DNA of 48,695 bases. Source: a virus (taxonomy: Duplodnaviria > Caudoviricetes). The stretch lies in the IMG/VR virus record IMGVR_UViG_3300033405_000946, positions 1 through 48,695 of that record. One strand, given 5' to 3'. Both the position numbers and the translations under genes were made by a program. This document shows, in pieces, positions 35,663 to 43,833 of this stretch (position 1 is the first letter of the stretch; each line of letters begins with the position of its first letter). A model generated the notes under the pieces. It was not told where the DNA came from. It searched no databases and was given only the letters and a program-made list of their open reading frames with translations.

Positions 35663-36589
35663 ATGCGTATCCTTTCTCTCGACGGCGGCGGGATCTGCGG
35701 GCTGATGCCGGCCCGCATCCTGACCGCGCTGGAAGCCAAGCTGGGTTCGCCGCTCTGCCATCATTTCGACCTGGTGGCCGGCACGTCCACGGGCGGCATC
35801 ATCGCCGCGGCCATCGGGGCCGGGCTGCCCATGGCCACGATCCGCGATCTGTACCGCGACGATGCCGGCAAGATCTTCCACACTGGACTAGGCAGCGTCC
35901 TCGCCCTGGATGGCATGGCCGGAAACAAGTATTCGCCCAAGGGCCTGGAAATCTGTCTCTACGAGGTGTTTGGGGATCTGCGGCTAGCCGAGTGCCAGAC
36001 CGACGTACTCATCACCAGTTGCGATCTGGCCGCCAAGCCCCAGTTTTTCATGTCCTCCATGGCCAAACGCGCCATGGGGGCGGATTTTTACCTGCGCGAC
36101 GTGTGCCGGGCCACCTCAGCCGCGCCCACGTATTTCCCACCGGCCATGATCATCTCCATGGGTGGCGGCCCGGGATACATCCTCCAGGATGGCGGGTTGG
36201 TGGCCAACCAGCCGGCCATGTCCGCCCTGGCCGAGGCCCAGAGGCTGGCGTCCCTGGACCAGGTGGACCTGCTCTTGTCGCTTGGCACCGGCTACACGCC
36301 GGTGAGCCGCAAACCAACCGGAGCGCAGGGCGCGCTGGCCGAGGGCGCGACGTTGCTCAATCTTATCTTCACCGGGCCTGGCCATGCCGTGGACTGGGAG
36401 GCCCAGGCGCTCCTGGGGGATCGCTATGTGCGGGTGCAGCCGGAGCTGGACGACATCCCCATGGACACCACCAAGGATAGCGATCTGGCCAAGCTGGAGG
36501 CCGCTGCGGACGCCTTCACGGCCACCCGGACCTTCGAACACATAGCGGCCATGCTGGGGCAAACGCCAGGGCAAAGCCAGGCTGCCTGA
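35663..36589 (+). CDS. Patatin-like phospholipase
   Basis: ILSLDGGG, GTSTG nucleophile elbow, ATSAAPTYF, DGG.VAN.P, SLGTG. Confidence 0.95.
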   Translation: MRILSLDGGGICGLMPARILTALEAKLGSPLCHHFDLVAGTSTGGIIAAAIGAGLPMATIRDLYRDDAGKIFHTGLGSVLALDGMAGNKYSPKGLEICLYEVFGDLRLAECQTDVLITSCDLAAKPQFFMSSMAKRAMGADFYLRDVCRATSAAPTYFPPAMIISMGGGPGYILQDGGLVANQPAMSALAEAQRLASLDQVDLLLSLGTGYTPVSRKPTGAQGALAEGATLLNLIFTGPGHAVDWEAQALLGDRYVRVQPELDDIPMDTTKDSDLAKLEAAADAFTATRTFEHIAAMLGQTPGQSQAA

Positions 36590-36713
36590 TCCGGCCAGTT
36601 GCCTACGCCCACCGCTCGCGTCAGGGAAATTGAGGTTTGTGGGAAAAAATACGTGCAAGGCAGATTTGACGGCGGTTAACGCACGCGCCAGCCGGGCGAG
36701 CCTGGGAAAAAAA

Positions 36714-36745
36714 CTTGACAAAAAATTGAGTTGGCTAAATCTTGA
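36714..36745 (+). promoter_or_regulatory. Promoter closely similar to the cro-side promoter; possibly leaderless
   Basis: TTGACA at 36715-36720; 25 of 32 nt identical to 37856-37887; -10 imperfect; no RBS before ATG 36750. Confidence 0.55.
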
Positions 36746-36749
36746 TGTT

Positions 36750-37070
36750 ATGAAGAAGGCGATAATCGTTGTGCTCGCCCTCCTGGCCTTCGCCGCCCCG
36801 GCCCTGGCCGGTGACGCCACCATCACCGACCGCTATGGCACCGTGACCGGCTACGTCAAACCGGACGGCGCTATCACGGACCGTTACGGTACTGTTACCG
36901 GCTACGCCAAGCCGGATGGCTCCGTGACCGACCGCTACGGCACAGTACAGGGCTATGCCAAGCCCGACGGCAGTGCGGTTGACCGTTACGGCGCTACCCA
37001 GGGCTACGCCAAGCCGGACGGCACAATACACGACCGATATGGTAGGGAATCCGGAACCATCTCGCCGTAA
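36750..37070 (+). CDS. Secreted protein with five 17-aa repeats (beta-flower-like)
   Basis: Signal peptide MKKAIIVVLALLAFAAPALA; repeats xxDRYGTVxGYAKPDGx (51-bp period). Confidence 0.85.
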   Translation: MKKAIIVVLALLAFAAPALAGDATITDRYGTVTGYVKPDGAITDRYGTVTGYAKPDGSVTDRYGTVQGYAKPDGSAVDRYGATQGYAKPDGTIHDRYGRESGTISP

Positions 37071-37116
37071 TCCCGGAGTGTGAGAAGGAGAAACGTCCCT
37101 ACACCCTGCCGAATCC

Positions 37117-37800
37117 CTAAATCTCCCTGAGCTGAAGCCTCACCAATCCCACCACCATCCCCAGTATCTCCGCCTGCACGGTGCCCAGGCGTTCCCTCGG
37201 CACACGCACGGAGGGGAAGTTCCGGATGCTCGGGGAGAAGATCACGTCGCCCGCTCCGACCATGAGCCGATAGACGTTCATTGTATCCTCGATACGCGCC
37301 ACTACCAGCTCAAAAGGCTCCGGGTGAGTGCGGTTCTGGTCGAAGATCACCATGTCGCCATTCTCCACGTAGGGGGTCATGTGATTCCCACGGTACTCAA
37401 GCATGAGAAGCCGCTCCGGTATCTCCCCCAGCTCGCGCGCTCTCTCGGCCGTGATCCATATCTGGTTCCTGTTGGCAGGAAGCGGTTTGAATCCTCCTTT
37501 GGTGTTGAATTCGCTGGAGATGAGCGGAATCTGAATCAAAGGCGCCCTTCCTCCGTGCGCGAGGGTTCCCGTGCAGGCTGATTTGGTCGGTTCCCCCTCA
37601 CCCGTGCGCAACCATTCCAGATCAAGCCCGTGCTTTTCGGTGAGTGTGGCATACCAGTTCTCGGGCACGTAATCCGCTTTCAGATATTGGGATATCGCGG
37701 ATGCATCGATTCCCAAAGCCGACGCGAGAACCTTTTTCTTGCGGGTTCCAAGCGCGTGCATCATACGCCCGATGATTTTTTCGCCTTCCGTTTCTGTCAT
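37117..37800 (-). CDS. cI: CI-like repressor (HTH + degenerate S24 domain)
   Basis: LASALGIDASAISQY HTH, WLRTGEG; S24-like GNHMTP...GD.V..D and VYRL; divergent from a cro-like gene. Confidence 0.85.
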   Translation of the reverse strand: MTETEGEKIIGRMMHALGTRKKKVLASALGIDASAISQYLKADYVPENWYATLTEKHGLDLEWLRTGEGEPTKSACTGTLAHGGRAPLIQIPLISSEFNTKGGFKPLPANRNQIWITAERARELGEIPERLLMLEYRGNHMTPYVENGDMVIFDQNRTHPEPFELVVARIEDTMNVYRLMVGAGDVIFSPSIRNFPSVRVPRERLGTVQAEILGMVVGLVRLQLREI

Positions 37801-37832
37801 GCAACCTCTCGGAATACCTTGGGAAATTTTTG

Positions 37833-37900
37833 CAACTCAAGAAATTGAAAATATTCTTGACAATTTCTTGAGTTGGCTTAATTTTCACTCAAGAAATTGA
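37833..37900. promoter_or_regulatory. Immunity operator region: three copies of ACTCAAGAAATTG at 26-bp spacing with overlapping promoter
   Basis: Copies at 37835-37847 (+), 37861-37873 (-), 37887-37899 (+); TTGACA at 37857-37862. Confidence 0.85.
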
Positions 37901-37917
37901 TCAAGGCAAGGCGAGCA

Positions 37918-38214
37918 ATGGATAAAACAGTTCTGACAATAGAATTTCCCCTCGTATTCAGTCAAGAGGAGTTGGCCCATCTGATGGGACTGCTCAAGGT
38001 TAATCTCCGCAAGAACGTCGCCCACGCCTGTCTGCAGATCAAGGGCGTCCCCCGGCAGGCCCTTGCGGCCCGGCTCGGGCTGCATCCTTCCAACGTCACC
38101 CAGTATTTCAAGGCCTCCGACCTCGCCAAGGAGGTGCGCGACCGGCTCATCGCCGAGGGGTTGCCGGAGTTCGTGCTGCCGCCGGAGCGCGCCTCCCGGG
38201 TAGAGGCTGCCTGA
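37918..38214 (+). CDS. Cro-like HTH protein
   Basis: RQALAARLGLHPSNVTQYF HTH; divergent from cI. Confidence 0.75.
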   Translation: MDKTVLTIEFPLVFSQEELAHLMGLLKVNLRKNVAHACLQIKGVPRQALAARLGLHPSNVTQYFKASDLAKEVRDRLIAEGLPEFVLPPERASRVEAA

Positions 38215-38294
38215 TTCCCGTTTTCAAGTGACTTGAGTGGACCCTCTGAACCCGTAGTGGCCCATCGGCCTGCACCATCAATGTGAGGTTTCGA

Positions 38295-38870
38295 ATGAAG
38301 ATCACCTTGGATCAATACCAGAAGATGTTGGTGGAGTTGGAATTATCTGATGTCCTGGAGATGATGGTTCGTTCCAGCGGCCGGGACTGGGCGGAAGTGG
38401 GGCGCGACGTGGGCTGGACGGAGGCGGTCGTCAACCGCATCCGCGATCGCAATGATCCGGACTACATGCCGTCCTCTTCCAGGCTGGAGGAATTCTGCGT
38501 GCGGACCAACTCGGTACTGCTCGCCGATTGGCTCAAGGCCCGGTCCATCTACCGTCTGAACGAGATCGGCCTTCCCAGACCCGAGAAAGGAGCGCTGACC
38601 TGTCAGTCCATCATGTTCCTTGTTGCGCCGGTGATGACCCACGCCGGGGATCTGGCCGGCGAGGTCGGCCGCACGGTGGAGGAGGGGGCCATCGAGCCCA
38701 AGAAGAAGCGCCGCCTCACTCGCCAGGTGCTGGGGGTCATCGATTCCGGTCTCAAGCTTCTCCAACGGCTGAGCGAGAACGGCCGCAACGGCATCGAGCA
38801 CGTGCGCGAGGGCATGGAGCGCCGCCGGGCCGCCAAAGAAGAGCGCCGTAGCCGCAAGGGAGGGAAGTAG
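38295..38870 (+). CDS. CII-like regulator
   Basis: N-terminal HTH, YMPS...L..FC..T....L.DWL; position after cro. Confidence 0.6.
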   Translation: MKITLDQYQKMLVELELSDVLEMMVRSSGRDWAEVGRDVGWTEAVVNRIRDRNDPDYMPSSSRLEEFCVRTNSVLLADWLKARSIYRLNEIGLPRPEKGALTCQSIMFLVAPVMTHAGDLAGEVGRTVEEGAIEPKKKRRLTRQVLGVIDSGLKLLQRLSENGRNGIEHVREGMERRRAAKEERRSRKGGK

Positions 38871-38872
38871 CC

Positions 38873-39130
38873 ATGCGCCGCGTAGCCCTGCTTGGAGTCT
38901 GCCGCCATTGCCAGGCCATGTTCGGTCTTTTGCCCGGCGAGAAGCTCGGGCGCATCGCCTGCCCCGAATGCGGCAAGCCATTCGGACGTATCTGGGGAGG
39001 CCGGGCCTTCCTCAAGAGCCTGGGCGTGGGACTTCGCGCCACGGAAAAGCCAGAGTCGGAATTACCCCAGTATGATCATCCTATCACGTTTCCGGCAACG
39101 GCCAATTCGGGTTTTCCCGCGAACCAGTAG
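38873..39130 (+). CDS. Small zinc-ribbon protein
   Basis: CRHC...CPECG; GGAGG RBS. Confidence 0.6.
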   Translation: MRRVALLGVCRHCQAMFGLLPGEKLGRIACPECGKPFGRIWGGRAFLKSLGVGLRATEKPESELPQYDHPITFPATANSGFPANQ

Positions 39131-39174
39131 GGAAAATCCCCCATATCCCGCACCCGACAAGGAGGAACGCCACC

Positions 39175-39522
39175 ATGCCCACCGACGACCTGACCCTGAT
39201 CCGGGAGGCCCACGGCCTGCCTCCGGACGCCACCGTGGCCGACATCTGCGAGAACGCCCGGACGCTCAGGCAGTGCGCAGTTTCGGCGGAATACATGCTG
39301 AAGATTCTGAGGTGGACGCTCTCCGCACCGAAGTGCCTGGAGGAAAGCCCGATGGCGCCAGCCATCCTCGATCTCTTGCGGACCATTCCTCGGTCTCAGC
39401 CCACAAGCAGCTCCCAAGCCTGTGGGGAGAATGCCGGAACTTTCTGGAAGAGGCTCAGGACCATCCGATTGCACACCTCCCACAATCCCAAGAAGAGGGA
39501 GGACGTTCCATGCGCGTCGTAA
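39175..39522 (+). CDS. Hypothetical protein
   Basis: AAGGAGG RBS; ORF in the early operon. Confidence 0.55.
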   Translation: MPTDDLTLIREAHGLPPDATVADICENARTLRQCAVSAEYMLKILRWTLSAPKCLEESPMAPAILDLLRTIPRSQPTSSSQACGENAGTFWKRLRTIRLHTSHNPKKREDVPCAS

Positions 39523-40679
39523 TCGCCGCCAAAACACTGGCCGCCGCGCTGCGACGGCTTGCCCCCCTCGACGTGCGCCACAAGCTCCCCCATTTCATGA
39601 ACGTGGCCTGGTTCGTGATCCGTAACGGTGCCCTCTCCGTGCAGGTCGTCTCGCACAGCGGCATGGAGGGCGAAATCGCCATTTCGGCGAAGATCGTCGG
39701 AGAGGATTGCGTCCTGGGATTTCCCCTGCGCCACATGGCGCGCCTGGCGGCCACGCTCTCCGGGGATGTGATCATCGATCATGATGGTCCGGACGAGGAT
39801 GCGGTGGTCAAGGCCGAGGACTTCGAGTGTCGCATCGAGCTCAAGTCGTCCGAATGGTTCAATCCCCATGCGGTCGACAGGGAGGACACGTCTAGGCTGG
39901 CTGTGTCCGTCATCCGGGAATGGTTGGAGCGCGTCGGCTACTGCATTTCCAAGGAGCGCGACACGGAATCCATGTCCTGCCTCTACCTGGCGTCGGCCGG
40001 GGAAGGAATGGTCCATGCCTGCGGTCTGGACGGCCACCAGTTTTCCAAGCTCGAATCGCGCAATCCTGAGTTAGCCTCGACCCTTCATTTTTCCGGACCG
40101 GTTCTCATCGGGGTCGAATTCCTGAAGGCCATCAAGTCCTGGCTGGCCGTCCATTCCGGGAACGACGTCGTGTCCGTGGCCATCTCCCAAAAGACAGTGC
40201 GCATCCGTTCCACGGGAGAAACCTTGGTCGTTCCTCGCAGCCATTACGTCTTCCCGGACTACATGAGCTTCTCCTCGAAGGCCGCATCCGGAACGCGCAC
40301 CATCAAGGTCTACAGGTCGGCCATCCGGGAGGGCCTGCGCCGGCTGGCCCTGTTTGCCGGCGACAATAACCGGGGCGTCTACCTGGGAATGGAGAATGGG
40401 GAGCTGTCCTTGAGCGTGCGTTCTGAGGGCAAGCGCGTGGCCAGCGTTTCCACCCTGGCCCTGGCCACCGGAGATCCCAAGCCCACCTCCGTGCCGCTGG
40501 AGGATCTGCTGGAGATGCTCGGACATTTCACGGGCCAGAACGTCGTCCTCACCATGGGCGATACACCGGGACACCCCGTGCAGATCACCGGCGGCGACGG
40601 CGACAAGGGCTACTCCACCATCATCATGCCCCTGATGATCGTGGAGGAAGACTACTACGGCAGGGAGGAAGCGGCATGA
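39510..40679 (+). CDS. dnaN: Phage-encoded DNA polymerase III beta sliding clamp homologue
   Basis: About 389 aa three-domain length, CGLDGHQF, FPDY, C-terminal IIMPL-x-IVEE-x-YY. Confidence 0.85.
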   Translation: MRVVIAAKTLAAALRRLAPLDVRHKLPHFMNVAWFVIRNGALSVQVVSHSGMEGEIAISAKIVGEDCVLGFPLRHMARLAATLSGDVIIDHDGPDEDAVVKAEDFECRIELKSSEWFNPHAVDREDTSRLAVSVIREWLERVGYCISKERDTESMSCLYLASAGEGMVHACGLDGHQFSKLESRNPELASTLHFSGPVLIGVEFLKAIKSWLAVHSGNDVVSVAISQKTVRIRSTGETLVVPRSHYVFPDYMSFSSKAASGTRTIKVYRSAIREGLRRLALFAGDNNRGVYLGMENGELSLSVRSEGKRVASVSTLALATGDPKPTSVPLEDLLEMLGHFTGQNVVLTMGDTPGHPVQITGGDGDKGYSTIIMPLMIVEEDYYGREEAA

Positions 40680-40900
40680 ACATCGACGCCCTCGTGAACC
40701 GGGCATCTTGGATCGCCCTGGCCCTTTTTCTGGCCTTCTTCATCGCCAGTCCGCTGGAATGGCTGCTGGACGATCCGGGTCCGACCTGGCTCAAGCGCGC
40801 CCAGAACCCCAACCTCGGCCGCCCGGAGGTGGAGAGGCTCCTACGCAGGGAATGCCAGAAGTTCCCGGTGGTGGCCGAGATTACGGAGGGACGGTCATGA
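40676..40900 (+). CDS. Small membrane protein
   Basis: ATGA-coupled ORF with one TM segment. Confidence 0.5.
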   Translation: MNIDALVNRASWIALALFLAFFIASPLEWLLDDPGPTWLKRAQNPNLGRPEVERLLRRECQKFPVVAEITEGRS

Positions 40901-41361
40901 ACATGTTCAAGCCCGTAACCGTCCGGGAACTCGTCGACACCGCCCTGACGGCCCTGTCCTCGGCCGCCCTGCAGGCGACCGACGCGGACAGCGTCCGGGA
41001 CATCCGCCACGTGCGCAGCGCCGTCTCCTACTACCGGATGCAGATGTGCGCGGACGATCCCTGCGCCGTGGCCGCGCTTCCGTCCGGATCGTTCATCGCC
41101 CTGTCCAGGAGCGCGTCCGGGGCTCTGCTTCGCCTGGCCGTGTCCGCGCAAAACAACCCGGTGCAACTGGCCGTGCTGCGCGAATGCCGCCGACGGCTGG
41201 AGGCGATGCTCGCGCGTCGGGCGGCCCAGTCTGCCGCCTGGGAGGAGCGGGGCGGCCTGAACCGATCTATGCCCGTTGGTGACCGGAATGACGCGCCGGC
41301 GATAATCCATTTCACGGAAGAGGAGGGCCGTCATGTCCGCCGTGGCTTGTCCTGCGCTTAA
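40897..41361 (+). CDS. Hypothetical protein
   Basis: GGAGG RBS; ATGA coupling. Confidence 0.55.
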   Translation: MNMFKPVTVRELVDTALTALSSAALQATDADSVRDIRHVRSAVSYYRMQMCADDPCAVAALPSGSFIALSRSASGALLRLAVSAQNNPVQLAVLRECRRRLEAMLARRAAQSAAWEERGGLNRSMPVGDRNDAPAIIHFTEEEGRHVRRGLSCA

Positions 41362-41902
41362 GTTCGAAAATCCATCCGACGGGGAAGCCGGTTACCAGGT
41401 CCTCATCAAACCCGGCATGACCCGGGCCGAAGCTTCCTGCGCCGTCATAGACGCCGTGATCGCCCGCGTGGGCCGCGAGGACGACGAGCGCCTGCGCGCC
41501 GAACTGCGCGCCGCCTATCCCTTCGGCGAGCGCAAATTCCGTCCCTGGCGCGTCTGGCGTCAACAAATCCGCCGCATCCTCGGGCCTGCGCCCAAGCGTG
41601 AGTCCGATCTGTTGGGGGAATTTCTGGACGAATGCTGCATCGTCCAGGCTACGAACGGCGAGCTTTTCACCTATCTGTTCTTCGCGTTCCAGGCCTGGTG
41701 CTTGGAGCGCGAGAAGTTTCCCCCGCAGCGATCCTGGAGCATGCGCAAGTTCTCTATCGCTCTCCATATGCGACCGAATCTGCAAAGGGGTTTCATAAGA
41801 AGCGCGGTGGTGTGGTCCGGCGTATCTCTGCGCCCTGAATGGTGGACGAAGGCGGAGATTGAAGCCGACAAGCGCGCCCCGAAGGATGGAGGTGCGTCAT
41901 GA
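41333..41902 (+). CDS. Protein with AYPFGER motif fused to a D5/primase-type C-terminal winged-helix domain
   Basis: DLLGEFLDECC...F.AF..WC......WSMR.F...L...G..LR aligns by eye with the helicase C-terminus at 3540-3775. Confidence 0.7.
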   Translation: MSAVACPALKFENPSDGEAGYQVLIKPGMTRAEASCAVIDAVIARVGREDDERLRAELRAAYPFGERKFRPWRVWRQQIRRILGPAPKRESDLLGEFLDECCIVQATNGELFTYLFFAFQAWCLEREKFPPQRSWSMRKFSIALHMRPNLQRGFIRSAVVWSGVSLRPEWWTKAEIEADKRAPKDGGAS

Positions 41903-42942
41903 AATGGTGGGACGTCTCCTGGAATCCGGTCGTCGGCTGCACTCCAGCCTCTCCGGGGTGCGACAACTGCTACGCCAAGCGGCTGCATGACCAGCGTCAC
42001 AGGGCGTGTGCAGATGGAAAACGCATTCCCCTTTGCTACGATGAACCATTCGAGCACGTGCGCCTCTTCGATACTCGCCTTGATGCTCCTCTGCGTTGGC
42101 GCAAGCCCCGGCGCATCTTCGTGGGCTCCATGACGGACCTGTTTCATCCGGATGTGCCGTTTAGATTCCTGGACCGTGTGTTCGCTACCATGGCCCTGGC
42201 CAGCCAGCACACGTTCATATTGCTGACCAAGCGGCCTGGGCTCATGCGGGCATACATCAAGGGCGTCCAGGGAGTGTCTATCGATTCCGAGAGAGATTTC
42301 GCCCTGTTCGATGCTTGGCGGGCCGTCCATGGCGAGCACTACGGTCAACAACCCTGGCCCCTCCCCAACGTCTGGCTTGGCGTCACCGCTGAGACCCAGC
42401 CCATGGCCGACGAGCGCATCCCCATTTTGCTCGATACTCCGGCGGCCAAGCGGTTCGTCTCCATTGAGCCCCAGTTGGGTCCGGTTGATGTCTACGGCGG
42501 CGATCCTGATCCGCGTCTCGGTGGGATTGAGGCTGGTCCAGGCCTTTCCCTCGTGCAGTATTGGACCAGGGATGGGCGCGGACCCTATCCAGGCCTCGAT
42601 TGGGTCATCTGCGGCGGCGAGACCAGTCCCCATGCGCGCCCCATGCATCCGGAATGGGCGCGCTCGCTGCGGGATCAGTGCTCGGCGGCTGGGGTTCCGT
42701 TTTTCTTCAAGCAGTGGGGCGAATGGGGCCATTGTGGCAACAAACCCTCAGGAACCCCAGGGAAGTATGCTTTCGGAGGATCGGACCATGCTCCAAATCT
42801 GCTGGTCCAAGTCGATCAGTTTCCACGTCAAATAGACCTATTTGGAGCCAAGGTGTTGCTTGAGCGCATCGGATCCCGCCGCGCCGGCCGTCTCCTCGAC
42901 GGCCGTGAACACAACGATATTCCGGAGGTGCGTCATGCCTGA
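41899..42942 (+). CDS. Gp37/Gp68 (DUF5131) family protein
   Basis: WNPVVGCTPASPGCDNCYA, SMTDLFH, LTKRP, WVICGGE, PFFFKQWG. Confidence 0.92.
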   Translation: MKWWDVSWNPVVGCTPASPGCDNCYAKRLHDQRHRACADGKRIPLCYDEPFEHVRLFDTRLDAPLRWRKPRRIFVGSMTDLFHPDVPFRFLDRVFATMALASQHTFILLTKRPGLMRAYIKGVQGVSIDSERDFALFDAWRAVHGEHYGQQPWPLPNVWLGVTAETQPMADERIPILLDTPAAKRFVSIEPQLGPVDVYGGDPDPRLGGIEAGPGLSLVQYWTRDGRGPYPGLDWVICGGETSPHARPMHPEWARSLRDQCSAAGVPFFFKQWGEWGHCGNKPSGTPGKYAFGGSDHAPNLLVQVDQFPRQIDLFGAKVLLERIGSRRAGRLLDGREHNDIPEVRHA

Positions 42943-43285
42943 CATGACCAAATACCGCCCCATGCTGGAACGCATCATCGCCAGGTATGGGAAGCAGGAT
43001 CAAATGGCGAAGTGTCATGAGGAGTGCCACGAGCTTGCCAATGCCCTAGAGGGCTATCCCCGGGTCGAAACGGAAGGTGACGTCATTTTCGAGATCGCTG
43101 ATGTGCTCATCATGGCCACCCAGATGGCCTACATCTTCGGTGAGTCCGAGGTGAAACTGGCAATCGACTACAAGCTTGAGCGCCAGGCCAAGCGCATGGG
43201 CATCGAGTATACCCCGGTGCATGGCGAATCTTTGCTCGCGCATCCCGAGGATGGTGATCATCCCTGGCGGAAAGAAGGGGTGTGA
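42935..43285 (+). CDS. MazG-like nucleotide pyrophosphohydrolase
   Basis: YG...Q..K..EEC.EL...L......EIADVLIM..Q.......K..R motif. Confidence 0.8.
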   Translation: MPDMTKYRPMLERIIARYGKQDQMAKCHEECHELANALEGYPRVETEGDVIFEIADVLIMATQMAYIFGESEVKLAIDYKLERQAKRMGIEYTPVHGESLLAHPEDGDHPWRKEGV

Positions 43286-43833
43286 TGATGACCACCGACT
43301 GCATCGACCTAAGCGCCAGGGTATGCCTGTTGCGATATCTCTACGCCATGCGCCACGGCCGGACGGACAAGCCCTGTTACCGTTGCGAGCCTGCAGCCAA
43401 GGTCGTGGCCGTCATGCGCGGGGAAGAAGCTGCCCCGGCAGCGTCCATCCCGGCCGCGCCTTCCGCACGAGGTAGCCTGCTCCGGCCCGCATCTGTTCCT
43501 CCTGTCGCCACCCAGAAGGTTCCTAAGCCGTCCGCAGCGTCGTGTCAGGATCGGTTCCGGGACGTTTCCCCGTATGGTCTCGACCTGGTGGCCTTGCGTG
43601 AGGTCCTGCGCGACTTGCTTAAACGGCAGGGCAAAACCGGCCAGAAGAGCGTCTTCCTGGAGCGCCTCCAGTCCCTCTGCAACGCCGCGGCCCGGAAAGG
43701 GGCCAAGCTGCGGGGAAAGCGTGACTTCCGCGAGGCCCTGCAGGCCGTCCCGAACCTCTCCCTGCAGGGCGCATACCTGTTGCTTGACAACGGAGCGTGG
43801 GCGTTCTGCGCGGAGGAAGGGGAAGCGTCGTGA
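43282..43833 (+). CDS. Hypothetical protein with N-terminal Cys cluster
   Basis: Coupled ORF; C..C..C..C N-terminus and Pro/Ala linker. Confidence 0.55.
   Translation: MMMTTDCIDLSARVCLLRYLYAMRHGRTDKPCYRCEPAAKVVAVMRGEEAAPAASIPAAPSARGSLLRPASVPPVATQKVPKPSAASCQDRFRDVSPYGLDLVALREVLRDLLKRQGKTGQKSVFLERLQSLCNAAARKGAKLRGKRDFREALQAVPNLSLQGAYLLLDNGAWAFCAEEGEAS

Noticed and set aside
35663-36589. CBASS system
   Set aside because: Patatin is present but there is no CD-NTase or Cap2/Cap3 gene nearby
36822-37067. 51-bp repeats as a CRISPR array
   Set aside because: In-frame coding repeats with synonymous variation, no unique spacers and no cas genes
38892-39509. N-terminal 206-aa extension of the beta-clamp ORF
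   Set aside because: Overlaps two better ORFs with RBSs; clamp similarity starts at ATG 39510, which has its own GGAGG
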